Part shown: piece by piece, positions 51,701 through 64,000 of the stretch
Numbering within the stretch: the stretch's first letter is position 1
Layout: each line of letters starts with the position of its first letter
DNA from: Auanema rhodensis
Taxonomy: Eukaryota > Animalia > Nematoda
Assembly: GCA_964057225.1 (NCBI GenBank)
Contig: OZ059900.1
Location: forward strand, 25,296,001-25,360,000
DNA: 64,000 bases
Direction of reading: 5' to 3'
Notes under the pieces: generated by a model
What the model saw: the letters and a program-made list of their open reading frames with translations, nothing else
Told to the model about the DNA's origin: nothing
The model's database searches: none
Made by a program: the position numbers and the translations under genes

Positions 51701-54700
51701 ATGCTAATTTCCTAAATTTTCTAACCCCTGTTTTTTTGTCGTGAAAGTGGAACTAGACGTTGTACGAACAATTTTGAGCTAGGTTTCATTGACATTGCAT
51801 GATTTGAACACATGAAATCGTAAGTCAAAACCTTGTTTACAGCGATATTTCCAAAAACTGGTTTTCCAGCATAATAAAATTTTTCTCATGGGAAATACTG
51901 TGTTTTTGTATTTTTCTAGTGTTCAGAATGTAGAATGCTTCATTTTAGTATGTAACACGCTGAAATTCGTTGCATTTGACGACTCATATGAACAAAAATC
52001 GATTTAATCAATATTAGCCATAAGGGGCGTGCCCTCAGAATATGCTAATTTCCTTAATTTTCTAACCCCTGTTTTTTTGTCGTGAAAGTGGAACTAGACG
52101 TTGTACGAACAATTTTGAGCTAGGTTTCATTGACATTGCATGAGTTTGAACACATGAAATCGTAAGTCAAAACCTTGTTTACAGCGAAATTTCCAAAAAC
52201 TGGTTTTCCAGCATAATAAAATATTTCTCATGGGAAATACTGTGTTTTTGTATTTTTCTAGTGTTCAGCATGTAAAATGCTTCATTTTAGTATGTAACAC
52301 GCTGAAATTCGTTGCATTTGACGACTCATATGAACAAAAATCGATTTAATCAATATTAGCCATAAGGGGCGTGCCCTCAGAATATGCTAATTTCCTTAAT
52401 TTTCTAACCCCTGTTTTTTTGTCGTGAAAGTGGAACTAGACGATGTACGAACAATTTTGAGCTAGGTTTCATTGACATTGCATGAGTTTGAACACATGAA
52501 ATCGTAAGTCAAAACCTTGTTTACAGCGAAATTTCCAAAAACTGGTTTTCCAGCATAATAAAATATTTCTCATGGGAAATACTGTGTTTTTGTATTTTTC
52601 TAGTGTTCAGCATGTAAAATGCTTCATTTTAGTATGTAACACGCTGAAATTCGTTGCATTTGACGACTCATATGAACAAAAATCGATTTAATCAATATTA
52701 GCCATAAGGGGCGTGCCCTCAGAATATGCTAATTTCCTTAATTTTCTAACCCCTGTTTTTTTGTCGTGAAAGTGGAACTAGACGTTGTACGAACAATTTT
52801 GAGCTAGGTTTCATTGACATTGCATGAGTTTGAACACATGAAATCGTAAGTCAAAACCTTGTTTACAGCGAAATTTCCAAAAACTGGTTTTCCAGCATAA
52901 TAAAATATTTCTCATGGGAAATACTGTGTTTTTGTATTTTTCTAGTGTTCAGCATGTAAAATGCTTCATTTTAGTATGTAACACGCTGAAATTCGTTGCA
53001 TTTGACGACTCATATGAACAAAAATCGATTTAATCAATATTAGCCATAAGGGGCGTGCCCTCAGAATATGCTAATTTCCTAAATTTTCTAACCCCTGTTT
53101 TTTTGTCGTGAAAGTGGAACTAGACGTTGTACGAACAATTTTGAGCTAGGTTTCATTGACATTGCATGATTTGAACACATGAAATCGTAAGTCAAAACCT
53201 TGTTTACAGCGATATTTCCAAAAACTGGTTTTCCAGCATAATAAAATTTTTCTCATGGGAAATACTGTGTTTTTGTATTTTTCTAGTGTTCAGAATGTAG
53301 AATGCTTCATTTTAGTATGTAACACGCTGAAATTCGTTGCATTTGACGACTCATATGAACAAAAATCGATTTAATCAATATTAGCCATAAGGGGCGTGCC
53401 CTCAGAATATGCTAATTTCCTTAATTTTCTAACCCCTGTTTTTTTGTCGTGAAAGTGGAACTAGACGTTGTACGAACAATTTTGAGCTAGGTTTCATTGA
53501 CATTGCATGAGTTTGAACACATGAAATCGTAAGTCAAAACCTTGTTTACAGCGAATTTTCCAAAAACTGGTTTTCCAGCATAATAAAATATTTCTCATGG
53601 GAAATACTGTGTTTTTGTATTTTTCTAGTGTTCAGCATGTAAAATGCTTCATTTTAGTATGTAACACGCTGAAATTCGTTGCATTTGACGACTCATATGA
53701 ACAAAAATCGATTTAATCAATATTAGCCATAAGGGGCGTGCCCTCAGAATATGCTAATTTCCTTAATTTTCTAACCCCTGTTTTTTTGTCGTGAAAGTGG
53801 AACTAGACGTTGTACGAACAATTTTGAGCTAGGTTTCATTGACATTGCATGAGTTTGAACACATGAAATCGTAAGTCAAAACCTTGTTTACAGCGAAATT
53901 TCCAAAAACTGGTTTTCCAGCATAATAAAATATTTCTCATGGGAAATACTGTGTTTTTGTATTTTTCTAGTGTTCAGCATGTAAAATGCTTCATTTTAGT
54001 ATGTAACACGCTGAAATTCGTTGCATTTGACGACTCATATGAACAAAAATCGATTTAATCAATATTAGCCATAAGGGGCGTGCCCTCAGAATATGCTAAT
54101 TTCCTTAATTTTCTAACCCCTGTTTTTTTGTCGTGAAAGTGGAACTAGACGTTGTACGAACAATTTTGAGCTAGGTTTCATTGACATTGCATGAGTTTGA
54201 ACACATTAAATCGTAAGTCAAAACCTTGTTTACAGCGAAATTTCCAAAAACTGGTTTTCCAGCATAATAAAATATTTCTCATGGGAAAAACTGTGTTTTT
54301 GTATTTTTCTAGTGTTCAGCATGTAAAATGCTTCATTTTAGTATGTAACACACTGAAATTTGTTGCATTTGACGACTCATATGAACAAAAATCGATTTAA
54401 TCAATATTAGCCATAAGGGGCGTGCCCTCAGAATATGCTAATTTCCTTAATTTTCTAACCCCTGTTTTTTTGTCGTGAAAGTGGAACTAGACGTTGTACG
54501 AACAATTTTGAGCTAGGTTTCATTGACATTGCATGAGTTTGAACACATGAAATCGTAAGTCAAAACCTTGTTTACAGCGAAAATTCCAAAAACTGGTTTT
54601 CCAGCATAATAAAATATTTCTCATGGGAAATACTGTGTTTTTGTATTTTTCTAGTGTTCAGCATGTAAAATGCTTCATTTTAGTATGTAACACGCTGAAA

Positions 54701-55199
54701 TTCGTTGCATTTGACGACTCATATGAACAAAAATCGATTTAATCAATATTAGCCATAAGGGGCGTGCCCTCAGAATATGCTAATTTCCTTAATTTTCTAA
54801 CCCCTGTTTTTTTGTCGTGAAAGTGGAACTAGACGATGTACGAACAATTTTGAGCTAGGTTTCATTGACATTGCATGAGTTTGAACACATGAAATCGTAA
54901 GTCAAAACCTTGTTTACAGCGAAATTTCCAAAAACTGGTTTTCCAGCATAATAAAATATTTCTCATGGGAAATACTGTGTTTTTGTATTTTTCTAGTGTT
55001 CAGCATGTAAAATGCTTCATTTTAGTATGTAACACGCTGAAATTCGTTGCATTTGACGACTCATATGAACAAAAATCGATTTAATCAATATTAGCCATAA
55101 GGGGCGTGCCCTCAGAATATGCTAATTTCCTTAATTTTCTAACCCCTGTTTTTTTGTCGTGAAAGTGGAACTAGACGTTGTACGAACAATTTTGAGCTA

Positions 55200-58100
55200 G
55201 GTTTCATTGACATTGCATGAGTTTGAACACATGAAATCGTAAGTCAAAACCTTGTTTACAGCGAAATTTCCAAAAACTGGTTTTCCAGCATAATAAAATA
55301 TTTCTCATGGGAAATACTGTGTTTTTGTATTTTTCTAGTGTTCAGCATGTAAAATGCTTCATTTTAGTATGTAACACGCTGAAATTCGTTGCATTTGACG
55401 ACTCATATGAACAAAAATCGATTTAATCAATATTAGCCATAAGGGGCGTGCCCTCAGAATATGCTAATTTCCTAAATTTTCTAACCCCTGTTTTTTTGTC
55501 GTGAAAGTGGAACTAGACGTTGTACGAACAATTTTGAGCTAGGTTTCATTGACATTGCATGATTTGAACACATGAAATCGTAAGTCAAAACCTTGTTTAC
55601 AGCGATATTTCCAAAAACTGGTTTTCCAGCATAATAAAATTTTTCTCATGGGAAATACTGTGTTTTTGTATTTTTCTAGTGTTCAGAATGTAGAATGCTT
55701 CATTTTAGTATGTAACACGCTGAAATTCGTTGCATTTGACGACTCATATGAACAAAAATCGATTTAATCAATATTAGCCATAAGGGGCGTGCCCTCAGAA
55801 TATGCTAATTTCCTTAATTTTCTAACCCCTGTTTTTTTGTCGTGAAAGTGGAACTAGACGTTGTACGAACAATTTTGAGCTAGGTTTCATTGACATTGCA
55901 TGAGTTTGAACACATGAAATCGTAAGTCAAAACCTTGTTTACAGCGAAATTTCCAAAAACTGGTTTTCCAGCATAATAAAATATTTCTCATGGGAAATAC
56001 TGTGTTTTTGTATTTTTCTAGTGTTCAGCATGTAAAATGCTTCATTTTAGTATGTAACACGCTGAAATTCGTTGCATTTGACGACTCATATGAACAAAAA
56101 TCGATTTAATCAATATTAGCCATAAGGGGCGTGCCCTCAGAATATGCTAATTTCCTTAATTTTCTAACCCCTGTTTTTTTGTCGTGAAAGTGGAACTAGA
56201 CGATGTACGAACAATTTTGAGCTAGGTTTCATTGACATTGCATGAGTTTGAACACATGAAATCGTAAGTCAAAACCTTGTTTACAGCGAAATTTCCAAAA
56301 ACTGGTTTTCCAGCATAATAAAATATTTCTCATGGGAAATACTGTGTTTTTGTATTTTTCTAGCGTTCAGCATGTAAAATGCTTCATTTTAGTATGTAAC
56401 ACGCTGAAATTCGTTGCATTTAACGACTCATATGAACAAAAATCGATTTAATCAATATTAGCCATAAGGGGCGTGCCCTCAGAATATGCTAATTTCCTTA
56501 ATTTTCTAACCCCTGTTTTTTTGTCGTGAAAGTGGAACTAGACGATGTACGAACAATTTTGAGCTAGGTTTCATTGACATTGCATGAGTTTGAACACATG
56601 AAATCGTAAGTCAAAACCTTGTTTACAGCGAAATTTCCAAAAACTGGTTTTCCAGCATAAAAAAATATTTCTCATGGGAAACACTGTGTTTTTGTATTTT
56701 TCTAGTGTTCAGCATGTAAAATGCTTCATTTTAGTATGTAACACGCTGAAATTCGTTGCATTTGACGACTCATATGAACAAAAATCGATTTAATCAATAT
56801 TAGCCATAAGGGGCGTGCCCTCAGAATATGCTAATTTCCTTAATTTTCTAACCCCTGTTTTTTCGTTGTGAAAGTGGAACTAGACGTTGTACGAACAATT
56901 TTGAGCTAGGTTTCATTGACATTGCATGAGTTTGAACACATGAAATCGTAAGTCAAAACCTTGTTTACAGCGAAATTTCCAAAAACTGGTTTTCCAGCAT
57001 AATAAAATATTTCTCATGGGAAATACTGTGTTTTTGTATTTTTCTAGTGTTCAGCATGTAGAATGCTTCATTTTAGTATGTAACACGCTGAAATTCGTTG
57101 CATTTGACGACTCATATGAACAAAAATCGATTTAATCAATATTAGCCATAAGGGGCGTGCCCTCAGAATATGCTAATTTCCTAAATTTTCTAACCCCTGT
57201 TTTTTTGTTGTGAAAGTGGAACTAGACGTTGTACGAACAATTTTGAGCTAGGTTTCATTGACATTGCATGATTTGAACACATGAAATCGTAAGTCAAAAC
57301 CTTGTTTACAGCGATATTTCCAAAAACTGGTTTTCCAGCATAATAAAATTTTTCTCATGGGAAATACTGTGTTTTTGTATTTTTCTAGTGTTCAGAATGT
57401 AGAATGCTTCATTTTAGTATGTAACACGCTGAAATTCGTTGCATTTGACGACTCATATGAACAAAAATCGATTTAATCAATATTAGCCATAAGGGGCGTG
57501 CCCTCAGAATATGCTAATTTCCTTAATTTTCTAACCCCTGTTTTTTTGTCGTGAAAGTGGAACTAGACGTTGTACGAACAATTTTGAGCTAGGTTTCATT
57601 GACATTGCATGAGTTTGAACACATGAAATCGTAAGTCAAAACCTTGTTTACAGCGAAATTTCCAAAAACTGGTTTTCCAGCATAATAAAATATTTCTCAT
57701 GGGAAATACTGTGTTTTTGTATTTTTCTAGTGTTCAGCATGTAAAATGCTTCATTTTAGTATGTAACACGCTGAAATTCGTTGCATTTGACGACTCATAT
57801 GAACAAAAATCGATTTAATCAATATTAGCCATAAGGGGCGTGCCCTCAGAATATGCTAATTTCCTTAATTTTCTAACCCCTGTTTTTTTGTCGTGAAAGT
57901 GGAACTAGACGATGTACGAACAATTTTGAGCTAGGTTTCATTGACATTGCATGAGTTTGAACACATGAAATCGTAAGTCAAATCCTTGTTTACAGCGAAA
58001 TTTCCAAAAACTGGTTTTCCAGCATAATAAAATATTTCTCATGGGAAATACTGTGTTTTTGTATTTTTCTAGCGTTCAGCATGTAAAATGCTTCATTTTA

Positions 58101-58980
58101 GTATGTAACACGCTGAAATTCGTTGCATTTAACGACTCATATGAACAAAAATCGATTTAATCAATATTAGCCATAAGGGGCGTGCCCTCAGAATATGCTA
58201 ATTTCCTAAATTTTCTAACCCCTGTTTTTTTGTCGTGAAAGTGGAACTAGACGATGTACGAACAATTTTGAGCTAGGTTTCATTGACATTGCATGAGTTT
58301 GAACACATGAAATCGTAAGTCAAAACCTTGTTTACAGCGAAATTTCCAAAAACTGGTTTTCCAGCATAAAAAAATATTTCTCATGGGAAACACTGTGTTT
58401 TTGTATTTTTCTAGTGTTCAGCATGTAAAATGCTTCATTTTAGTATGTAACACGCTGAAATTCGTTGCATTTGACGACTCATATGAACAAAAATCGATTT
58501 AATCAATATTAGCCATAAGGGGCGTGCCCTCAGAATATGCTAATTTCCTTAATTTTCTAACCCCTGTTTTTTCGTTGTGAAAGTGGAACTAGACGTTGTA
58601 CGAACAATTTTGAGCTAGGTTTCATTGACATTGCATGAGTTTGAACACATGAAATCGTAAGTCAAAACCTTGTTTACAGCGAAATTTCCAAAAACTGGTT
58701 TTCCAGCATAATAAAATATTTCTCATGGGAAATACTGTGTTTTTGTATTTTTCTAGTGTTCAGCATGTAGAATGCTTCATTTTAGTATGTAACACGCTGA
58801 AATTCGTTGCATTTGACGACTCATATGAACAAAAATCGATTTAATCAATATTAGCCATAAGGGGCGTGCCCTCAGAATATGCTAATTTCCTAAATTTTCT
58901 AACCCCTGTTTTTTTGTCGTGAAAGTGGAACTAGACGTTGTACGAACAATTTTGAGCTAGGTTTCATTGACATTGCATGA
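55200..58980. repeat. 5-monomer (1709-bp) local higher-order repeat (approximate bounds)
   Basis: Deletion markers at 55562, 57271 and 58980; TAGCGTTC at 56364/58073; CATAAAAAAA at 56661/58370. Confidence 0.75.
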
Positions 58981-61570
58981 TTTGAACACATGAAATCGTA
59001 AGTCAAAACCTTGTTTACAGCGAAATTTCCAAAAACTGGTTTTCCAGCATAATAAAATATTTCTCATGGGAAATACAGTGTTTTTGTGTTTTTGTAGTGT
59101 TCAGCATGTAAAATGCGTCATTTTAGTATGTAAAACGCTGAAATTCGTTGCATTTGACGACTCATATGAACAAAAATCGGTTTTATCAATATTAGCCATA
59201 AGGGGCGTGCCCTCAGAATATGCTAATTTCCTTAATTTTCTAACCCCTGTTTTTTTGTCGTGAAAGTGGAACTAGACGTTGTACAAACAATTTTGAGCTA
59301 GGTTTCATTGACATTGCATGAGTTTGAACACATGAAATCGTAAGTCAAAACCTTGTTTACAGCGAAATTTCCAAAAACTGGTTTTCCAGCATAATAAAAT
59401 ATTTCTCATGGGAAATACTGTGTTTTTATATTTTTCTAGTGTTCAGCATGTGAAATGCTTAATTTTAGTATGTAACACGCTGAAATTCGTTGCATTTGAC
59501 GGCTCATATGAACAAAAATCGATTTAATCAATATTAGCCATAAGGGGCGTGCCCTCAGAATATGCTAATTTCCTTAATTTTCTAACCCCTGTTTTTTTGT
59601 CGTGAAAGTGGAACTAGACGTTGTACGAACAATTTTGAGCTAGGTTTCATTGACATTGCATGAGTTTGAACACATGAAATCGTAAGTCAAAACCTTGTTT
59701 ACAGCGAAATTTCCAAAAACTGGTTTTCCAGCATAATAAAATATTTCTCATGGGAAATACTGTGTTTTTGTATTTTTCTAGTGTTCAGCATGTAAAATGC
59801 TTCATTTTAGTATGTAACACGCTGAAATTCGTTGCATTTGACGACTCATATGAACAAAAATCGATTTAATCAATATTAGCCATAAGGGGCGTGCCCTCAG
59901 AATATGCTAATTTCCTAAATTTTCTAACCCCTGTTTTTTTGTCGTGAAAGTGGAACAAGACGTTCTACGAACAATTTTGAGCTAGGTTTCATTGACATTG
60001 CATGAGTTTGAACACATGAAATCGTAAGTCAAAACCTTGTTTACAGCGAAATTTCCAAAAACTGGTTTTCCAGCATAATAAAATATTTCTCATGGGAAAT
60101 ACTGTGTTTTTGTATTTTTCTAGTGTTCAGCATGTAAAATGCTTCATTTTAGTATGTAACACGCTGAAATTCGTTGCATTTAACGACTCATATGAACAAA
60201 AATCGATTTAATCAATATTAGCCATAAGGGGCGTGCCCTCAGAATATGCTAATTTCCTAAATTTTCTAACCCCTGTTTTTTTGTCGTGAAAGTGGAACAA
60301 GACGATGTACGAACAATTTTGAGCTAGGTTTCATTGACATTGCATGAGTTTGAACACATGAAATCGTAAGTCAAAACCTTGTTTACAGCGAAATTTCCAA
60401 AAACTGGTTTTCCAGCATAAAAAAATATTTCTCATGGGAAACACTGTGTTTTTGTATTTTTCTAGTGTTCAGCATGTAAAATGCTTCATTTTAGTATGTA
60501 ACACGCTGAAATTCGTTGCATTTGACGACTCATATGAACAAAAATCGATTTAATCAATATTAGCCATAAGGGGCGTGCCCTCAGAATATGCTAATTTCCT
60601 TAATTTTCTAACCCCTGTTTTTTCGTTGTGAAAGTGGAACTAGACGTTGTACGAACAATTTTGAGCTAGGTTTCATTGACATTGCATGAGTTTGAACACA
60701 TGAAATCGTAAGTCAAAACCTTGTTTACAGCGAAATTTCCAAAAACTGGTTTTCCAGCATAATAAAATATTTCTCATGGGAAATACTGTGTTTTTGTATT
60801 TTTCTAGTGTTCAGCATGTAGAATGCTTCATTTTAGTATGTAACACGCTGAAATTCGTTGCATTTGACGACTCATATGAACAAAAATCGATTTAATCAAT
60901 ATTAGCCATAAGGGGCGTGCCCTCAGAATATGCTAATTTCCTAAATTTTCTAACCCCTGTTTTTTTGTCGTGAAAGTGGAACTAGACGTTGTACGAACAA
61001 TTTTGAGCTAGGTTTCATTGACATTGCATGATTTGAACACATGAAATCGTAAGTCAAAACCTTGTTTACAGCGAAATTTCCAAAAACTGGTTTTCCAGCA
61101 TAATAAAATATTTCTCATGGGAAATACAGTGTTTTTGTGTTTTTGTAGTGTTCAGCATGTAAAATGCGTCATTTTAGTATGTAAAACGCTGAAATTCGTT
61201 GCATTTGACGACTCATATGAACAAAAATCGGTTTTATCAATATTAGCCATAAGGGGCGTGCCCTCAGAATATGCTAATTTCCTTAATTTTCTAACCCCTG
61301 TTTTTTTGTCGTGAAAGTGGAACTAGACGTTGTACAAACAATTTTGAGCTAGGTTTCATTGACATTGCATGAGTTTGAACACATGAAATCGTAAGTCAAA
61401 ACCTTGTTTACAGCGAAATTTCCAAAAACTGGTTTTCCAGCATAATAAAATATTTCTCATGGGAAATACTGTGTTTTTATATTTTTCTAGTGTTCAGCAT
61501 GTGAAATGCTTAATTTTAGTATGTAACACGCTGAAATTCGTTGCATTTGACGGCTCATATGAACAAAAAT
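58075..61570. repeat. 6-monomer (2051-bp) offset duplication (approximate bounds)
   Basis: Markers pair at +2051: CATAAAAAAA 58370/60421, deletion 58980/61031 and the divergent monomer 59066/61117. Confidence 0.75.
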
Positions 61571-64000
61571 CGGTTTTATCAATATTAGCCATAAGGGGCG
61601 TGCCCTCAGAATATGCTAATTTCCTTAATTTTCTAACCCCTGTTTTTTTGTCGTGAAAGTGGAACTAGACGTTGTACAAACAATTTTGAGCTAGGTTTCA
61701 TTGACATTGCATGAGTTTGAACACATGAAATCGTAAGTCAAAACCTTGTTTACAGCGAAATTTCCAAAAACTGGTTTTCCAGCATAATAAAATATTTCTC
61801 ATGGGAAATACTGTGTTTTTGTATTTTTCTAGTGTTCAGCATGTAAAATGCTTCATTTTAGTATGTAACACGCTGAAATTCGTTGCATTTGACGACTCAT
61901 ATGAACAAAAATCGATTTAATCAATATTAGCCATAAGGGGCGTGCCCTCAGAATATGCTAATTTCCTCAATTTTCTAACCCCTGTTTTTTGTCGTGAAAG
62001 TGGAACTAGACGTTGTACGAACAATTTTGAGCTAGGTTTCATTGACATTGCATGAGTTTGAACACATGAAATCGTAAGTCAAAACCTTGTTTACAGCGAA
62101 ATTTCCAAAAACTGGTTTTCCAGCATAATAAAATATTTCTCATGGGAAATACTGTGTTTTTGTATTTTTCTAGTGTTCAGCATGTAAAATGCTTCATTTT
62201 AATATGTAACACGCTGAAATTCGTTCCATTTGACGACTCATATGAACAAAAATCGATTTAATCAATATTAGCCATAAGGGGCGTGCCCTCAGAATATGCT
62301 AATTTCCTTAATTTTCTAACCCCTGTTTTTTTGTCGTGAAAGTGGAACTAGACGTTGTACGAACAATTTTGAGCTAGGTTTCATTGACATTGCATGAGTT
62401 TGAACACATGAAATCGTAAGTCAAAACCTTGTTTACAGCGAAATTTCCAAAAACTGGTTTTCCAGCATAATAAAATATTTCTCATGGGAAATACTGTGTT
62501 TTTGTATTTTTCTAGTGTTCAGCATGTAAAATGCTTCATTTTAGTATGTAACACGCTAAAATTCGTTGCATTTGACGACTCATATGAACAAAAATCGATT
62601 TAATCAATATTAGCCATAAGGGGCGTGCCCTCAGAATATGCTAATTTCCTTAATTTTCTAACCCCTGTTTTTTTGTCGTGAAAGTGGAACTAGACGATGT
62701 ACGAACAATTTTGAGCTAGGTTTCATTGACATTGCATGAGTTTGAACACATGAAATCGTAAGTCAAAACCTTGTTTACAGCGAAATTTCCAAAAACTGGT
62801 TTTCCAGCATAATAAAATATTTCTCATGGGAAATACTGTGTTTTTGTATTTTTCTAGTGTTCAGCATGTAAAATGCTTCATTTTAGTATGTAACACGCTG
62901 AAATTCGTTGCATTTGACGACTCATATGAACAAAAATCGATTTAATCAATATTAGCCATAAGGGGCGTGCCCTCAGAATATGCTAATTTCCTTAATTTTC
63001 TAACCCCTGTTTTTTTGTCGTGAAAGTGGAACTAGACGTTGTACGAACAATTTTGAGCTAGGTTTCATTGACATTGCATGAGTTTGAACACATGAAATCG
63101 TAAGTCAAAACCTTGTTTACAGCGAAATTTCCAAAAACTGGTTTTCCAGCATAATAAAATATTTCTCATGGGAAATACTGTGTTTTTGTATTTTTCTAGT
63201 GTTCAGCATGTAAAATGCTTCATTTTAGTATGTAACACGCTGAAATTCGTTGCATTTGACGACTCATATGAACAAAAATCGATTTAATCAATATTAGCCA
63301 TAAGGGGCGTGCCCTCAGAATATGCTAATTTCCTAAATTTTCTAACCCCTGTTTTTTTGTCGTGAAAGTGGAACTAGACGTTGTACGAACAATTTTGAGC
63401 TAGGTTTCATTGACATTGCATGAGTTTGAACACATGAAATCGTAAGTCAAAACCTTGTTTACAGCGAAATTTCCAAAAACTGGTTTTCCAGCATAATAAA
63501 ATATTTCTCATGGGAAATACTGTGTTTTTGTATTTTTCTAGTGTTCAGCATGTAAAATGCTTCATTTTAGTATGTAACACGCTAAAATTCGTTGCATTTG
63601 ACGACTCATATGAACAAAAATCGGTTTTATCAATATTAGCCATAAGGGGCGTGCCCTCAGAATATGCTAATTTCCTTAATTTTCTAACCCCTGTTTTTTT
63701 GTCGTGAAAGTGGAACTAGACGATGTACGAACAATTTTGAGCTAGGTTTCATTGACATTGCATGAGTTTGAACACATGAAATCGTAAGTCAAAACCTTGT
63801 TTACAGCGAAATTTCCAAAAACTGGTTTTCCAGCATAATAAAATATTTCTCATGGGAAATACTGTGTTTTTGTATTTTTCTAGTGTTCAGCATGTGAAAT
63901 GCTTCATTTTAGTATGTAACACGCTGAAATTCGTTGCATTTGACGACTCATATGAACAAAAATCGATTTAATCAATATTAGCCATAAGGGGCGTGCCCTC

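Larger units (their letters stand above)
1..64000. repeat. Tandem satellite DNA array, 342-bp monomer, 187 full copies + 66 bp, probably (peri)centromeric heterochromatin of a eukaryote
   Basis: TGCATTTGACGACTC recurs at 1, 343, 1711, 3421 ... 63935. The period is 342 bp (341 bp in 20 copies with a 1-bp deletion), with a single orientation and only scattered substitutions. The array runs off both window ends. The centromeric interpretation is inference from size, homogeneity and AT-richness. Confidence 0.99.

Noticed and set aside
9403-63707. The 15 ORFs of 65-69 aa in the ORF track
   Set aside because: All are the same satellite frame and pass the length cut-off only where a SNP removes one stop (TGA>AGA/TTA, or TAA>TTA). 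That frame has six stops per majority monomer, and the peptides show no recognisable domain.
1-64000. Monomer length divisible by 3 (114 codons), suggesting a giant repeat protein
   Set aside because: The ORF track shows nothing longer than 69 aa on either strand, and 20 frameshifting deletions are tolerated.
1-64000. CRISPR array or other repeat-spacer/cassette system
   Set aside because: There are no unique spacers. The entire period is repeated, and no cas, integrase or other genes are present.

Overview
The whole 64-kb window is one uninterrupted head-to-tail satellite DNA array. It has a 342-bp AT-rich monomer (about 33-34% GC by hand count of one copy), present as 187 complete copies plus 66 bp, all in one orientation. 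I saw no insertions, transposons, genes or unique spacers. The register check is exact: 187 x 342 predicts the last monomer start at 63955, it is observed at 63935, and I located 20 single-base deletions (19 copies of one shared deletion plus one private one). Copies differ by only a few substitutions. These substitutions act as barcodes that reveal a patchwork of local higher-order duplications (12-, 7-, 8-, 20-, 5- and 6-mers, plus dispersed copies) and variant 'territories' along the array. The monomer appears to be an old, diverged dimer of roughly 171-bp halves, is rich in short palindromes and A/T tracts, and shows recurrent CpG transitions. This is typical of eukaryotic centromeric or pericentromeric satellite DNA. 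I cannot name the family or the organism from sequence alone. The listed ORFs are by-products of stop-codon-removing point variants. I found no evidence of a novel protein-coding system; the interest lies in the array architecture.
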